From positions 928,001 through 992,000 of the forward strand of contig OY829846.1 of NCBI GenBank assembly GCA_963691875.1: 64,000 nucleotides of DNA, given 5' to 3'. The stretch is from Aureliella sp. Its GTDB lineage: Bacteria > Planctomycetota > Planctomycetia > Pirellulales > Pirellulaceae. The notes below the pieces were generated by a model. The model was not told the DNA's origin, searched no databases, and saw only the letters and a list, made by a program, of their open reading frames with translations. Below, one piece after another: positions 30,743 to 41,118 of this stretch; within the stretch, counting starts at the first letter, position 1, and every line of letters begins with the position of its first letter. The translations under genes and the position numbers were made by a program.

Positions 30743-31885
30743 CTACCGACCAAGCTGAACATACATCTGATCCATGCCGTGACGGAGCGTCCAAGCTCGT
30801 GTGGTTGAACAAGATTCGTGACCAGCACTTGTAAGGACCGTCTTAATGTGCTGCTTCATAGAATCATCCAGCTCGGTACTCATCAACTCGCTCATCGTGT
30901 TGTGGTATAGGTTGGCGCAAGCAGCGTGATGCCCTGAGTTGAACAATGAGGCACCTTCAGCGATCGCCTCGCGGATGACCTGACGAGCATTGGCACCCTT
31001 TGCCGGCGGCATCAACACACCGTCAATGATGTGGATCACCCCGTTTGATGCATCAACATCTGTCACTACCAACTTCGATGTGTTGATGTAGGCACCGTTA
31101 TCGCCAAGCATCACGTTGATACTGTTGCCTTCCAAAGTCTTTACAGACCTTGCTTTAACTGCGTCCTCCGAGTAGACACGGCCTGAAACAACGTGGTACT
31201 TTAGGATATCGACAAGCTTCTGCTTGTTCTCTGGCTTCAAAAGAGACTCAACTGTGCCCTTCGGAAGCTTCGCGAAAGCACTGTCCACCGGCGCAAAGAC
31301 AGTGAATGGCCCGTCACCCGCGAGAACTTCTGCGAGGCCTGCTGCTTTCGCTGCTGCCAGCAGAGTCTTGAATTTGCCAGCCTTATCAGCTATTTCCGGA
31401 ATACTCTTATCGGCAGGCAAAATCACGGAGTCGATCACGTGAATGACGCCGTTGTCGCAAACTATGTCGGTGGTGATTACTTTGGCGCCGTCGACCATGA
31501 CGGATGAACCTTCAACCTTGATGTCGACTCGTTGACCATTGACAGTCGTGGCGCTGTTGAGCCCCAAAACCTGCTTTGCCATGACTTTTCCAGGCACGAC
31601 ATGGTACGTAAGAACTCCCGTCAAAACGCCTTTATTTTCCGGCTTCAACAAGGTCGCCACGGTTCCCTCGGGCAATTTTGCAAAGGCCTCATCGGTTGGC
31701 GCAAAAACGGTAAAGGGTCCTGCACCTTTGAGAGTATCGACGAGATCGGCGGCGCCCAACGCGGCAGCCAGTGTCTTAAACTTCCCTGCCTTGACCGCGG
31801 TATCGACAATGTCATCAGCGATTGCTGACGCAGATAACATCGCGCATGCTACGATCGACAGAGCACTTTTCAAACTGTAACGCAT
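30743..31885 (-). CDS. Exported tandem-fasciclin (FAS1 x2) protein with a C-terminal helical extension
   Basis: Signal peptide, two copies of [24 protein letters not shown]...L.YHVV...NGVIH.ID.V. Confidence 0.95.
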   Translation of the reverse strand: MRYSLKSALSIVACAMLSASAIADDIVDTAVKAGKFKTLAAALGAADLVDTLKGAGPFTVFAPTDEAFAKLPEGTVATLLKPENKGVLTGVLTYHVVPGKVMAKQVLGLNSATTVNGQRVDIKVEGSSVMVDGAKVITTDIVCDNGVIHVIDSVILPADKSIPEIADKAGKFKTLLAAAKAAGLAEVLAGDGPFTVFAPVDSAFAKLPKGTVESLLKPENKQKLVDILKYHVVSGRVYSEDAVKARSVKTLEGNSINVMLGDNGAYINTSKLVVTDVDASNGVIHIIDGVLMPPAKGANARQVIREAIAEGASLFNSGHHAACANLYHNTMSELMSTELDDSMKQHIKTVLTSAGHESCSTTRAWTLRHGMDQMYVQLGR

Positions 31886-32022
31886 CTCTTCATTCCTATA
31901 TTCGTGGCTCGGTTCTGAAGGCGACTAGCGGAAAACTCGCCTGAATCTGCATGGATACTCGCATCAACCGTTGATGCTTAGGCTTGCTAAACGCCCGTGG
32001 GGACTCGCCAGGTCAACATGTG

Positions 32023-32050
32023 ATTCGCAGAATTGGAGCAGTTGGATTCA
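32023..32050 (-). promoter_or_regulatory. Candidate SigK-like ECF promoter TGAATCC-N15-GCGAAT
   Basis: Lies ~140 nt upstream of the fasciclin ATG and resembles the mycobacterial SigK consensus (CCATCC-N15-CCGAAT, from memory). Confidence 0.5.
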
Positions 32051-32453
32051 AGAAAACGAAAAGTTTCGCTGAAAGGTTAAATCGAGACAGGCGAACCCAC
32101 GTCACATTTGGCACATCTCGTTGGCCAGCGTATCAGTGCATCACGATCTTGTTGTTGAAATCGATAGAGAGGCGAAATGCCTAAAATCCTCACAGAAAAA
32201 AACTCCTCTACTACAGGATCTTACGCAGTCGGAACTGCTGATTCAGATTGACAATTTGACTGATCTAGATAGTCTAGAGGTATCCGCCTATAGAGGGTTT
32301 GCGACATACCAGATATTCGCCACGACACTCACAACCCTTCTGATTCGCGCTTCCACCGCGGAACTCTGTGCCTGCCCAACGAGTGAAACCTAGCAATTAC
32401 CTCTGGCATATAGTCAAGGACCCTACCGCTCAATCACTTGCTTGAAGTGTCAT

Positions 32454-35306
32454 ATGTTCAACAGTCATTTTTTCAGGCTGAATTCTTCGTCTTGTATACC
32501 AGCCCTTTCGCCACAGGCTGTTTTGCCCCTCCTGCTACTTGTGCTCAATTGCCCGATTGCAGCTTTCGCCCAGGATGACAAAGTAGACCGTCTTCAGCAG
32601 CTGATCGATCAGAAACTGGCTGAAAACAAGATGGCGGAAGTAGAGATACTGCGAAAATGGCAAGCTGAACAAAAAGAAAAGGAAGCACAAAAGGCCGCCG
32701 TAGCAGAACTGAATACAGAGAAAAAGCCTGGTCAGCCAGAAAGCGAAACGCCTCAATCGGATAAGGACGGTAAGCAACCTGCTACGCCAGATGCAAAGCC
32801 GTCGATGGCAGAGATGAAAGCCAAGTGGCTTGAGAGTCAACTTCCCGGTAGTGGCATGAGTCAAACCGAAGAAGAAAAACTCTACTTCGCCTTCGACAAC
32901 ATCATGTGGCGTGATGTCATCGAGTGGATCGCTCAGGAAGGCAATCTTGCTCTCCATTACGAAGACTTGCCTACGGGCAGCTTCTCTTATTCTGATCCAA
33001 CCGGCTACGATCACAGCGCAGCAATGGACCGACTCAACTTGTTCCTTTTGCCGCAGGGTTATACGCTGGTTCGCAGCGGAGCTCTTCTATCAGTAATCAA
33101 CCTAGCTGATCCACGCAGCTTGCAAACACTTGACTCGCTAGCCCGGTTGGTCAAAACAGACCAGCTGAAGGATCTTCCGAAGCACGATGTCGTCAAGTGC
33201 ATGTTCCCACTCGGAGAGCTGGAGGTTGAGGACGCTATTGAAGAGCTGTCGGTGCTCAACTTGATGACTAATCCTGCCCCCTTCAACAAGACCAAGCAAC
33301 TGCTAATTATTGATGCAGTCGCAAAGCTTGAGAACGTGCTCACAATCATCGAGTCCTTCCAGCCTGATACGCTGGACAACGGAACCGTGATGAAGAATTT
33401 TACTTTGAAGCACGTTGAGGCGGAAGACATCTTGATGGTAGCTCGCCCACACCTTGGCCTAGCAACCGGAGAGATGATTGGGATCGACGTTAGTATCTCG
33501 GCCGACGGTGAGGGCAAGTTTATCTTCGTCACGGGAGTCGAAGACAAGGTCAAGCTAATTGAAGGCCTTGTAAACGATCTTGATGTTCCAAGAAAATCGA
33601 TCACAGACGCAGACAGCGACGCGGAATTGAAGACCTACTTCGTTCGGAGCGGAAATACGGAACTGATTTACAACGTCTTGCTAACTCTGCTCGCAGGCGA
33701 AGACGCTCGAATATCAATGGATCGCGAGGCAGGGAACATTGTCGCATTTGCCACGCCCATCGTTCAAATGCAGATCAAAGAAACCGTCGAACAGCTTGAA
33801 GCCGTTGAACCTGGTTTTGAGATGATTCCACTCAAGCATGCCGATCCTTACTTTGTGATCAGCTTGCTCGACGAAATGCTCGATCTGCCGAGTGCGCTCG
33901 ATGATCCAGAAGACATAGATCCCGACGCGCCCCGCATCGACGCTGACCCGGGAAACATGAGGCTCTTTGTCCATGGCAAGAAGCACAAAATCGACGAAAT
34001 CAGGACAATCGTTGAAGGCTTGGACGTGCCCACTTCAGCTGAAAATGATCGCATGCGAGTCCTGCCACTTAAAGGCGAAGAGGCTGAGCGTATTTTAGAA
34101 ACCGGCGCGAAGTTCTGGCGAGGCAAAAACCCGATCATTCTGTACCCTGAAACTAAAACCGACCAAGCAACCGAACGGTCACTTCACGGCGAATCTGAAC
34201 CAGAAGCTCAACCGGTACCGCAAATTGGTGGCGGTCGTTTGACCTCCTTGCCTTTCAACGACGATGATTCTCCAACCACCAATAATTCTCCGAGAACAAT
34301 CACTGCGAATCACAATGAGTCCGAAGAGCCGATCCGCGCCCAAATGACTCCACGCGGCCTGCTTCTTGAAAGTAACGATGCCGATGCCGTGACAAAACTT
34401 GAACAGGACCTCCGCATAATCGCTGGTCCATTAGGTGCGACTTCTTCGCCGCCGATCGTCTACTACTTAAAGTATGTGAAGTCCGAAGATGCACTACGGC
34501 TCTTGGCCGAGTTGCTAGATGGCGGTGAAAACGCTCGCGAAGGTGAGGCGGGGACTCTGATCAACGGATTCGTTTCCAGCTCAGACTCATATCTGACTAG
34601 TATTCTCTCATCACGCGACGGCTTAATGACCATGATGGCTGGGTCGATTACCGTTGTCTCGGACTCACGGCTGAACAGACTCATTACGCAAGGTACAGCG
34701 GAGGACATCGCTAGGATAGAGCAATACCTGCGGATCATCGACAAAGATAAAGCCATCATCGACCATGAGACATACGGAACCAGTCACGTGGTGGAACTTC
34801 TTTACACCAATGCAAGCGAAGTAGCCGAAACGGTACGCACGGCTTTCGCAGGACGCATCTCCGGTGGGTCCACCGGCGGAGCCCCTCAGCAGGGCGGTGC
34901 ACCAGGAGCCAGCGTTAAGGATGCCGCTGCCGCGAAGGCAAGAGCTGCAGAAGGCGAACCCCCAAAGAAGGGCAATAACAAGCAACAAAAACCAGCCGCT
35001 CCTGCACGCAACCTCGAGCCCACGATGACGGTCGCTGTGCACGAGTCGAGTAACTCGATCGTTATCACAGCTCCAGAACAACTTGCCAGACAGGCAAAAA
35101 ACCTGATCGAAACAATCGACATGCAAAGTCGCGAAACGGTCGAGGTCTTACCACCAAGTGAGTCCGCAATGTTGCACTACATGCTGGGCGATTCCCCCCG
35201 TACCTCAGGTGGTTCGCGCAGCGGGAACTCGCAGCGTGCCCCGTCCAGGGCCAGTGGTGCCGACCGCCTACAGTCAATGCTGCGGCAAAAGTTTGGTGAC
35301 CAATAG
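32454..35306 (+). CDS. Exported protein with secretin N-terminal (N0/N1-3-like) repeats and no secretin beta-barrel
   Basis: LYFAFDNIMWRDVIEWIA (N0-like); repeats such as FTLKHVEAEDI, IPLKHADP...DADPGNMRLFV, YYLKYVKSE...SDSRLNRLITQGT, VHESSNSIVITAP. Ends in a low-complexity tail. Confidence 0.75.
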   Translation: MFNSHFFRLNSSSCIPALSPQAVLPLLLLVLNCPIAAFAQDDKVDRLQQLIDQKLAENKMAEVEILRKWQAEQKEKEAQKAAVAELNTEKKPGQPESETPQSDKDGKQPATPDAKPSMAEMKAKWLESQLPGSGMSQTEEEKLYFAFDNIMWRDVIEWIAQEGNLALHYEDLPTGSFSYSDPTGYDHSAAMDRLNLFLLPQGYTLVRSGALLSVINLADPRSLQTLDSLARLVKTDQLKDLPKHDVVKCMFPLGELEVEDAIEELSVLNLMTNPAPFNKTKQLLIIDAVAKLENVLTIIESFQPDTLDNGTVMKNFTLKHVEAEDILMVARPHLGLATGEMIGIDVSISADGEGKFIFVTGVEDKVKLIEGLVNDLDVPRKSITDADSDAELKTYFVRSGNTELIYNVLLTLLAGEDARISMDREAGNIVAFATPIVQMQIKETVEQLEAVEPGFEMIPLKHADPYFVISLLDEMLDLPSALDDPEDIDPDAPRIDADPGNMRLFVHGKKHKIDEIRTIVEGLDVPTSAENDRMRVLPLKGEEAERILETGAKFWRGKNPIILYPETKTDQATERSLHGESEPEAQPVPQIGGGRLTSLPFNDDDSPTTNNSPRTITANHNESEEPIRAQMTPRGLLLESNDADAVTKLEQDLRIIAGPLGATSSPPIVYYLKYVKSEDALRLLAELLDGGENAREGEAGTLINGFVSSSDSYLTSILSSRDGLMTMMAGSITVVSDSRLNRLITQGTAEDIARIEQYLRIIDKDKAIIDHETYGTSHVVELLYTNASEVAETVRTAFAGRISGGSTGGAPQQGGAPGASVKDAAAAKARAAEGEPPKKGNNKQQKPAAPARNLEPTMTVAVHESSNSIVITAPEQLARQAKNLIETIDMQSRETVEVLPPSESAMLHYMLGDSPRTSGGSRSGNSQRAPSRASGADRLQSMLRQKFGDQ

Positions 35307-35351
35307 AAACACGCGTTTCTTAGCCTTCAGTCGTTCGGGCAACACGGATCG

Positions 35352-37250
35352 ATGAGTTCACACATTATGTTTAGCACCATACAACAACTCTTCGCGGCAA
35401 CCATGCTCTCGCTCGTTGTGCTGGCACCTCAAGCACTTGCTCAAGGCGGCTTGCGTGACTCACTAACGAAACTCGATCGGAATGAAGACGGTGTGATCGA
35501 TCCAGAAGAGATCACACCACTCGCGCGTCCCTACCTTGAGCGAATCGCCAGAGCAAAACGCCTGTCCCTCTACCGCTCGAACGACATTTCTGAATTCCAA
35601 GAAGCCGCTCGGATTTACTATGCATTGCAGAACGGTGTCTCAGGTGAGAGCGTTCGCGCAACGCCCGACACCATACTACGCACCTTTTATCCCGAAGATG
35701 AAATGGAACTAGTTCCAGGCTTCGGACTCGCAGAGGTTAAGTACTCCTATACTCAAGAGGATGTCGAGGAAGCCGAACGTACGATGCGACGTTGCGACGC
35801 AGATGACAACGGCTTCATTGATCGACGCGAAGCAAGACGCAACAAATGGACGCACCGCGACCCATTCGAAGAAGACTATAACGGCGATAACCTCTTGAGC
35901 CTCATGGAGCTTACTCAACGCTACGCCCGTAGACGCATGCTCGAAGACGATGCCGGCGAGTTGGTTCAGCGTGCGCGGCGTGTCGGCAACGGAATCGAAC
36001 CATCGCGAAAGAAGGAACAAGAGCGAGACGATCGCGGAGGTTGGTGGCGGAGCGGTGGTAGTAGCTACTGGCTGACTGCTTCCATGATTGGACGATTCGA
36101 TACAAATCGCAACGGTAGACTAGAGAGCAACGAAGCGAAGGAGCTCGGACTGCCGATCAGTTCCATCGACTTAGACCGAGATGGAGAAGTCACCCGCGAC
36201 GAATTGTTCCAATACACGCAAGGTCTGCAGAATGCAGCTGGCGATCCGGGCGAAGGTCTGCCCGGCTGGTTTTTTGAACTAGACAAGAACCGCGATGATC
36301 AAGTTACGATGCCCGAGTTCTCTGATGAGTGGACCGAACAGAGAATCCAAGAGTTTAGCTTGCTGGACTCGAACGGCGACGGCCTACTGACCGCCAACGA
36401 GATTCGCAACTCCAAGGCGTTGATGGGTGGAACCTTCGCCATGTCCCGTGCCGAACTACTTCCGCCGCGAAAAACAATCGTGTCGGAGCTAGAGGTCCCA
36501 GAGGACATCGACATCGGCGACGTCAACGTCCAGCTTTCCATCACGCACACCAGCACCGGATTCCTCGACGCTTTCCTTGTCGGCCCCGACGAGACTCGCA
36601 TTGAGCTGTTCACCGCAGTTGGAGGCTCGGGCGATCATTTCCAGCGGACGATCATCGATGACGAATCTTCAACGCCGATCACAAAAGGTCGCTCTCCTTT
36701 CGAAGGTTCATTTATGTCCGAGGGCAAAGCTAAGCGGCAGCCCGGCCTCGAGAAGTTCAATGGCAAGAACGCGAAGGGAATCTGGCAACTGGTGATTCAT
36801 GGTACGCGTAGCGAACGATTCGGAATGCTTCACGAATGGAAGCTGGTATTCAGACCAAAGAACGGATTCGTCGGCGACCAGTTTTTCGCGTCCGTCACAG
36901 AAACTGCATCGAATCCTGCCCCTGCTGCTTCTCCCCCGCCGCCTAAACAACCAGAGAAAAGCTATCGCAAAGAATCGTCTTCAAACTGGTCCAGTGAAAA
37001 ACGTAGTGATGCGGGACAGGCCTGGGTGAACTCTGGAAGACCAGAAGAAATCAAACGCCGACAAGAAGCACTGGATCGTTACCGGGCCTGGGCGGAGAAA
37101 CAGAAAGCCGAAGGTAAGGAGATCACCGGGGAAGGCAAGAAACAGTTCTTCGGCGAATTCCCGAAAGGCGACTCGAAGGGAGACAAAAAATCCGAGAAAA
37201 AACGCTACGATAAAGAATCCACCGAGAAGTATAAGAGTTTCAAGAAGTAG
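35352..37250 (+). CDS. Exported multi-EF-hand protein with a proprotein-convertase P domain
   Basis: Signal peptide. EF loops DRNEDGVIDPEE, DADDNGFIDRRE, DYNGDNLLSLME, DTNRNGRLESNE, DLDRDGEVTRDE, DKNRDDQVTMPE, DSNGDGLLTANE. P-domain DVNVQLSITHT...FNGKNAKGIWQLVI. Lys/Glu-rich tail. Confidence 0.85.
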   Translation: MSSHIMFSTIQQLFAATMLSLVVLAPQALAQGGLRDSLTKLDRNEDGVIDPEEITPLARPYLERIARAKRLSLYRSNDISEFQEAARIYYALQNGVSGESVRATPDTILRTFYPEDEMELVPGFGLAEVKYSYTQEDVEEAERTMRRCDADDNGFIDRREARRNKWTHRDPFEEDYNGDNLLSLMELTQRYARRRMLEDDAGELVQRARRVGNGIEPSRKKEQERDDRGGWWRSGGSSYWLTASMIGRFDTNRNGRLESNEAKELGLPISSIDLDRDGEVTRDELFQYTQGLQNAAGDPGEGLPGWFFELDKNRDDQVTMPEFSDEWTEQRIQEFSLLDSNGDGLLTANEIRNSKALMGGTFAMSRAELLPPRKTIVSELEVPEDIDIGDVNVQLSITHTSTGFLDAFLVGPDETRIELFTAVGGSGDHFQRTIIDDESSTPITKGRSPFEGSFMSEGKAKRQPGLEKFNGKNAKGIWQLVIHGTRSERFGMLHEWKLVFRPKNGFVGDQFFASVTETASNPAPAASPPPPKQPEKSYRKESSSNWSSEKRSDAGQAWVNSGRPEEIKRRQEALDRYRAWAEKQKAEGKEITGEGKKQFFGEFPKGDSKGDKKSEKKRYDKESTEKYKSFKK

Positions 37251-37282
37251 GTTCGCACTCAGTCCCAGCCGAGGTATCAGAC

Positions 37283-38041
37283 ATGGATTCCCACGAGCAG
37301 CTCAATAGACGAAAACTCGGGCAAGCCACCTTCGGCTCGTTGCTAACTTTCTCACTCTTAGAGACGCTCTTTGCCGCTGATGCCTTCGCGGACGGAGTAA
37401 AACCGATCACAGCCGATTGGCTTCTCAAGCTGCATGAGCTGGGTAAGGATGTGCAGGGCGAGACGATTACACCGGTGCAATGGCAAGCGAAAACGGAAGA
37501 GCTGTTCGCTAAAGTCAACTTGCCAGATTTGCTCAAGTTTATCGATTACAAAAAGTTGACCGAGCATGCACAATTCAAGAAGAAGGGCGAGAAGAGTTAC
37601 CGCCCCAAATTCCCGACGGTTGAAGGATTGCCAACCCGCCTGGTGTTTGGACATCAAGTCTTTGCACTTAAGAAAGGAAGATCGGTAGTGCCGCATGGAC
37701 ATAACAATATGGCAACAGCTTTTCTTATTTTAGACGGCGAGTTCGAAGGTAAGCATTACGATCGAGTTGAGTCGCAAGACGACCATTTTATCATTAAACC
37801 CACGATCGATGACAAGTTCACAGTAGGCGGTTGTTCCACGGTGTCCGATCACAAAGACAACATTCACTGGTTCAAAGCAACAAGCGAAACAGGCTTCATC
37901 TTCAACATCCACGTACTCAACATCAACGAGGGGGTGCGATCCGGACGCGTGTACGTGGATCCCGACGGCCAGAAGCTCAAGGATGGGCTCATCCGCGTTA
38001 AGAAACTCGGCTACGCCGAAGCCTACCAAAAGTACGGCTAG
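37283..38041 (+). CDS. Cupin-fold protein, thiol-dioxygenase (CDO/PCO/ADO)-like, with a twin-arginine-like leader
   Basis: LNRRKL followed by a hydrophobic stretch ending ADAFA; VPHGHNNM and DNIHWF give three His ligands. Confidence 0.6.
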   Translation: MDSHEQLNRRKLGQATFGSLLTFSLLETLFAADAFADGVKPITADWLLKLHELGKDVQGETITPVQWQAKTEELFAKVNLPDLLKFIDYKKLTEHAQFKKKGEKSYRPKFPTVEGLPTRLVFGHQVFALKKGRSVVPHGHNNMATAFLILDGEFEGKHYDRVESQDDHFIIKPTIDDKFTVGGCSTVSDHKDNIHWFKATSETGFIFNIHVLNINEGVRSGRVYVDPDGQKLKDGLIRVKKLGYAEAYQKYG

Positions 38042-38895
38042 TGCCCAAACTTTCGCCGTAGCGAACAGGGTTTCATTCCTAGGGTATGCGGTTCGACATA
38101 TGGGACACGAAATCTTCGCCGATCTAGGAGATTGCGGTCCTGAAAACCTGTTTGACAATCTGTCGAACTTGAGCGAACTTCCCGATATAGCCGAGCTCGG
38201 CTAAAACGCGAGCAATCCTCTCCGTCACACAATCTGCAAGTTTCTGGACACAACCGATTACGTTGGTAACCTCAGCGGAATCCGGGCGGATCGATGGTTC
38301 AACCGTCAACCGCTTGACATCGCTTTAAGCCTACCCAATGAACGGTTTTCCGACGGATTGGACGTCGAACGCGACCTCGAATTTGTCCATGCTTGCCTCG
38401 ATAACCTTGCAGATAAACGCAACAGTGGCTGTCTGTCATCCTCCGCTACTCCGCGTGATCGAGAGCAAGTTCGATCGATACTCATTCGCATCCGAACGAA
38501 TGCCCATAGTCCCTAGATTGCAGCCAAAGCGACTCTACGATTCGCAGGTCTTCTGACGAATTGAAGCGATTTCTATATCAGAATGGTAATGGTCATGCGA
38601 AGTCAGGTTTCAAGGCGACCTTTTATCTTGCAAATTACAAGACCACCCCTTCGTCTTCCGCCGGGGATCTCAGACAGTCGCAAATTTGACTAGGAATCGA
38701 TGCCCCAAATGGTCCGCCAAAATTTAGGGTGAGTCAGCCTTGGTTCCTGCCGTTTTTGCTTTCATCCTCGTGTTTATGCAACCATCATGAGTTCAGCAGA
38801 AAAATCTCGGAAGTGGGGCACCCTATCTCAAACGGCGCTCCTTCAGCGGACGGACTTCCGCACGTACCAGTAGAAGCTGGTCCTAGCCCCCATGT

Positions 38896-41118
38896 CTATT
38901 CTCTTAACGGTAGCTCTTTAGAGACAATCCACTGGCGAAGTAATCGGATGCCCTTTTCGTCAAGATGATTGGTGGCAAGAGGCGGCATTTGACCAGGGCC
39001 GCGGTGGGAGACGCGACTGAGTAGTAGGGACAGATCAGGCTTGCCAGCAACGGCGAGTTTGGAACCTTGCAGTTGAGGTACACGGTGCAATGCGTCTTCT
39101 CCCCAAAGACGCATCTTGTCACCTTGGGCAAAGAACGACAGTATCAACTTCGAGTTGCCTCCACCTTCCTTTACGTGGCAAACGGAGCAATTCGAATGCA
39201 AATACGAGCGAGCTCGATCCGAAATTTCGTATCTTTCGTCATGAGGCGGCACAAGAGTTCGGGCCTTGGTGAGTTGCTCTGGATTCCAATCAGCCCCAAA
39301 CAGTCCGAATTCTCCCAATCTTGCAACTTGTGATTGATTGTTTTCTAACAATCCTGGAACATGCAGCTGCTCATTCGAAAGGCCTAACGCAAAGTTGGCG
39401 GCTCTAGAGTGACAGACCATGCATTCGGAGCGACTGGGATAGCGCCAGCGAATATTTTGCTGCTGGCCGATGCCGGTGGCCCACTCCAAGGTCTCGTCCT
39501 TACCAGAGGCTTCAACGAGTTCGGCATCCGTCTGGTCCTCGTTCCAACGATATGAGTAACCAAACCACTCACCATCGAGCTTCACCATCAACCGGGTTTC
39601 AACGCGACGTAAACTAGCCGAATTGTTTAATTTCTCGGTCGCGTTTTCTGGGAAGGCAAAGGATTTCACGAGAACGCTCTGGTCTGGGAAATCGTAGGAG
39701 CCTCGGCTCTTGTAGCCAATCGTCTTGTTGCTTGGAACTGCCATCCAGCGGCGTTTTATGGCACCGTCGGACCAAAGCGGAGAATTGACCCTGTAGGCAA
39801 TAAGCCCATCTGCCGCGGTCTCGTTCTTCAGATCACTGAAAAGCCCTGTCTCACTCAGCATTCGTGGAAAAGGAAGCCTCACCTGGGACGATTCGTTTCG
39901 CTCGAGCCGATAAAGTCCGCCCACATGATCGGCGATCAGTATTTCACCAGCGGAGTCAACTTCAAAGTCGGTGATTTGAATGCTGGATCTGGCGATCTTC
40001 TTCTGCCACAGTAACTTCTCACCATCATGCCGAATGGCCCAGATATTTCCGGTTGCAAAGTCACCGTAGATGTAAGCTCCGCCGAGCTCTGGGAATTGCG
40101 AGCCGCGATACACCGGGCCGCCAGTCAGTGAACGCGCTTCGCTGTGGTGATGTTCGAAAGTCGCTGTTGAGATCGAAACCGGGCCCGAATCTTGCTCAGG
40201 ATGGAAGGGGTGATTCGATTCTTTAATGCTCCAGCCATAGTTGGCACCCTTTTGCACCAAGTAGACCGATTCCCAGAGATCCTGGCCGTTGTTACCCGCC
40301 CATAACTGTCCAGATGTGGCGTCATAAGCAATTCTCCAGGGATTGCGAAGTCCATAGCTCCAGATCTCGGGCCTTGCTCCAACCATCTCTACAAAAGGGT
40401 TATCCTTCGGAACCGAATATTCGCTGTCTTCCTCAGAGCGATCGACGTCGATTCGCAGCATAGCGGCGTTCAGCGTTCCGAGATCCTGTCCTGCACGATT
40501 TCCATCCGAGTCCGACGTTCCGTCTCCAGTTGAGATGTAAAGCAAGCCATTCTTGCCGAATACAAGATCTCCTCCGTTGTGACCATTTGACTTCCATTCA
40601 ATGATGACTTGGGCTGAAGCAGGATCGCAAACAAAAGGACTTTCGTTCGAAACGGTGAATCGCAGCACTCTGGTCGCAATGGCCCCTAGCTCTTCTGACT
40701 TACCGTTGCAGCCAACGTAGACAAATCGGTTTTGCTCAAAGTTTGGATGAAACGCAAAGCCATAGATGATCTCCGGGCGTTCTAAGAAAAGAGTCTCGTT
40801 GAGCGATTCAGCGTCCTCTGAGAACTGGTGGACGCGACTCGGTCCTGCATAGCCACGCTCGTGGTCTGCAGCCAAGAGTTGCTTGGTGCCCGGAATGCGT
40901 CCAAGTGTAATCAGCTTGGGGAGCTCGATCTTGGGAAAGGCTCGGACTGCGCGAAAGGGAGCCGGCGGGTCCGGAAAGCCCAAGAGCGTCGTGTTCTCCC
41001 ACTCGGGGCGTTCTGCACTAGCGGTCTTCAAATTGGCTTGGCCAGGCGAGTTCGTTGCAAAGCCAATCAGCACGCAGAAGCAGAATTGAAGCGTCAAAAG
41101 AAATCTGAGCCAGGGCAC
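38896..41118 (-). CDS. Glucose/sorbosone dehydrogenase (PQQ-type propeller) fused to a di-heme cytochrome c domain
   Basis: HNGGDLVFG, YISTGDG, EIWSYGLRNPWR, NYGW, SPLWSDGAIKRRW, CMVCH and CSVCH, QMPPL. Confidence 0.88.
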   Translation of the reverse strand: MPWLRFLLTLQFCFCVLIGFATNSPGQANLKTASAERPEWENTTLLGFPDPPAPFRAVRAFPKIELPKLITLGRIPGTKQLLAADHERGYAGPSRVHQFSEDAESLNETLFLERPEIIYGFAFHPNFEQNRFVYVGCNGKSEELGAIATRVLRFTVSNESPFVCDPASAQVIIEWKSNGHNGGDLVFGKNGLLYISTGDGTSDSDGNRAGQDLGTLNAAMLRIDVDRSEEDSEYSVPKDNPFVEMVGARPEIWSYGLRNPWRIAYDATSGQLWAGNNGQDLWESVYLVQKGANYGWSIKESNHPFHPEQDSGPVSISTATFEHHHSEARSLTGGPVYRGSQFPELGGAYIYGDFATGNIWAIRHDGEKLLWQKKIARSSIQITDFEVDSAGEILIADHVGGLYRLERNESSQVRLPFPRMLSETGLFSDLKNETAADGLIAYRVNSPLWSDGAIKRRWMAVPSNKTIGYKSRGSYDFPDQSVLVKSFAFPENATEKLNNSASLRRVETRLMVKLDGEWFGYSYRWNEDQTDAELVEASGKDETLEWATGIGQQQNIRWRYPSRSECMVCHSRAANFALGLSNEQLHVPGLLENNQSQVARLGEFGLFGADWNPEQLTKARTLVPPHDERYEISDRARSYLHSNCSVCHVKEGGGNSKLILSFFAQGDKMRLWGEDALHRVPQLQGSKLAVAGKPDLSLLLSRVSHRGPGQMPPLATNHLDEKGIRLLRQWIVSKELPLRE

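Noticed and set aside
38810..38820. GAAGTGGGGCA, an 11-nt complement of the candidate sRNA loop
   Set aside because: A single short match, not at a translation start, and plausible by chance.
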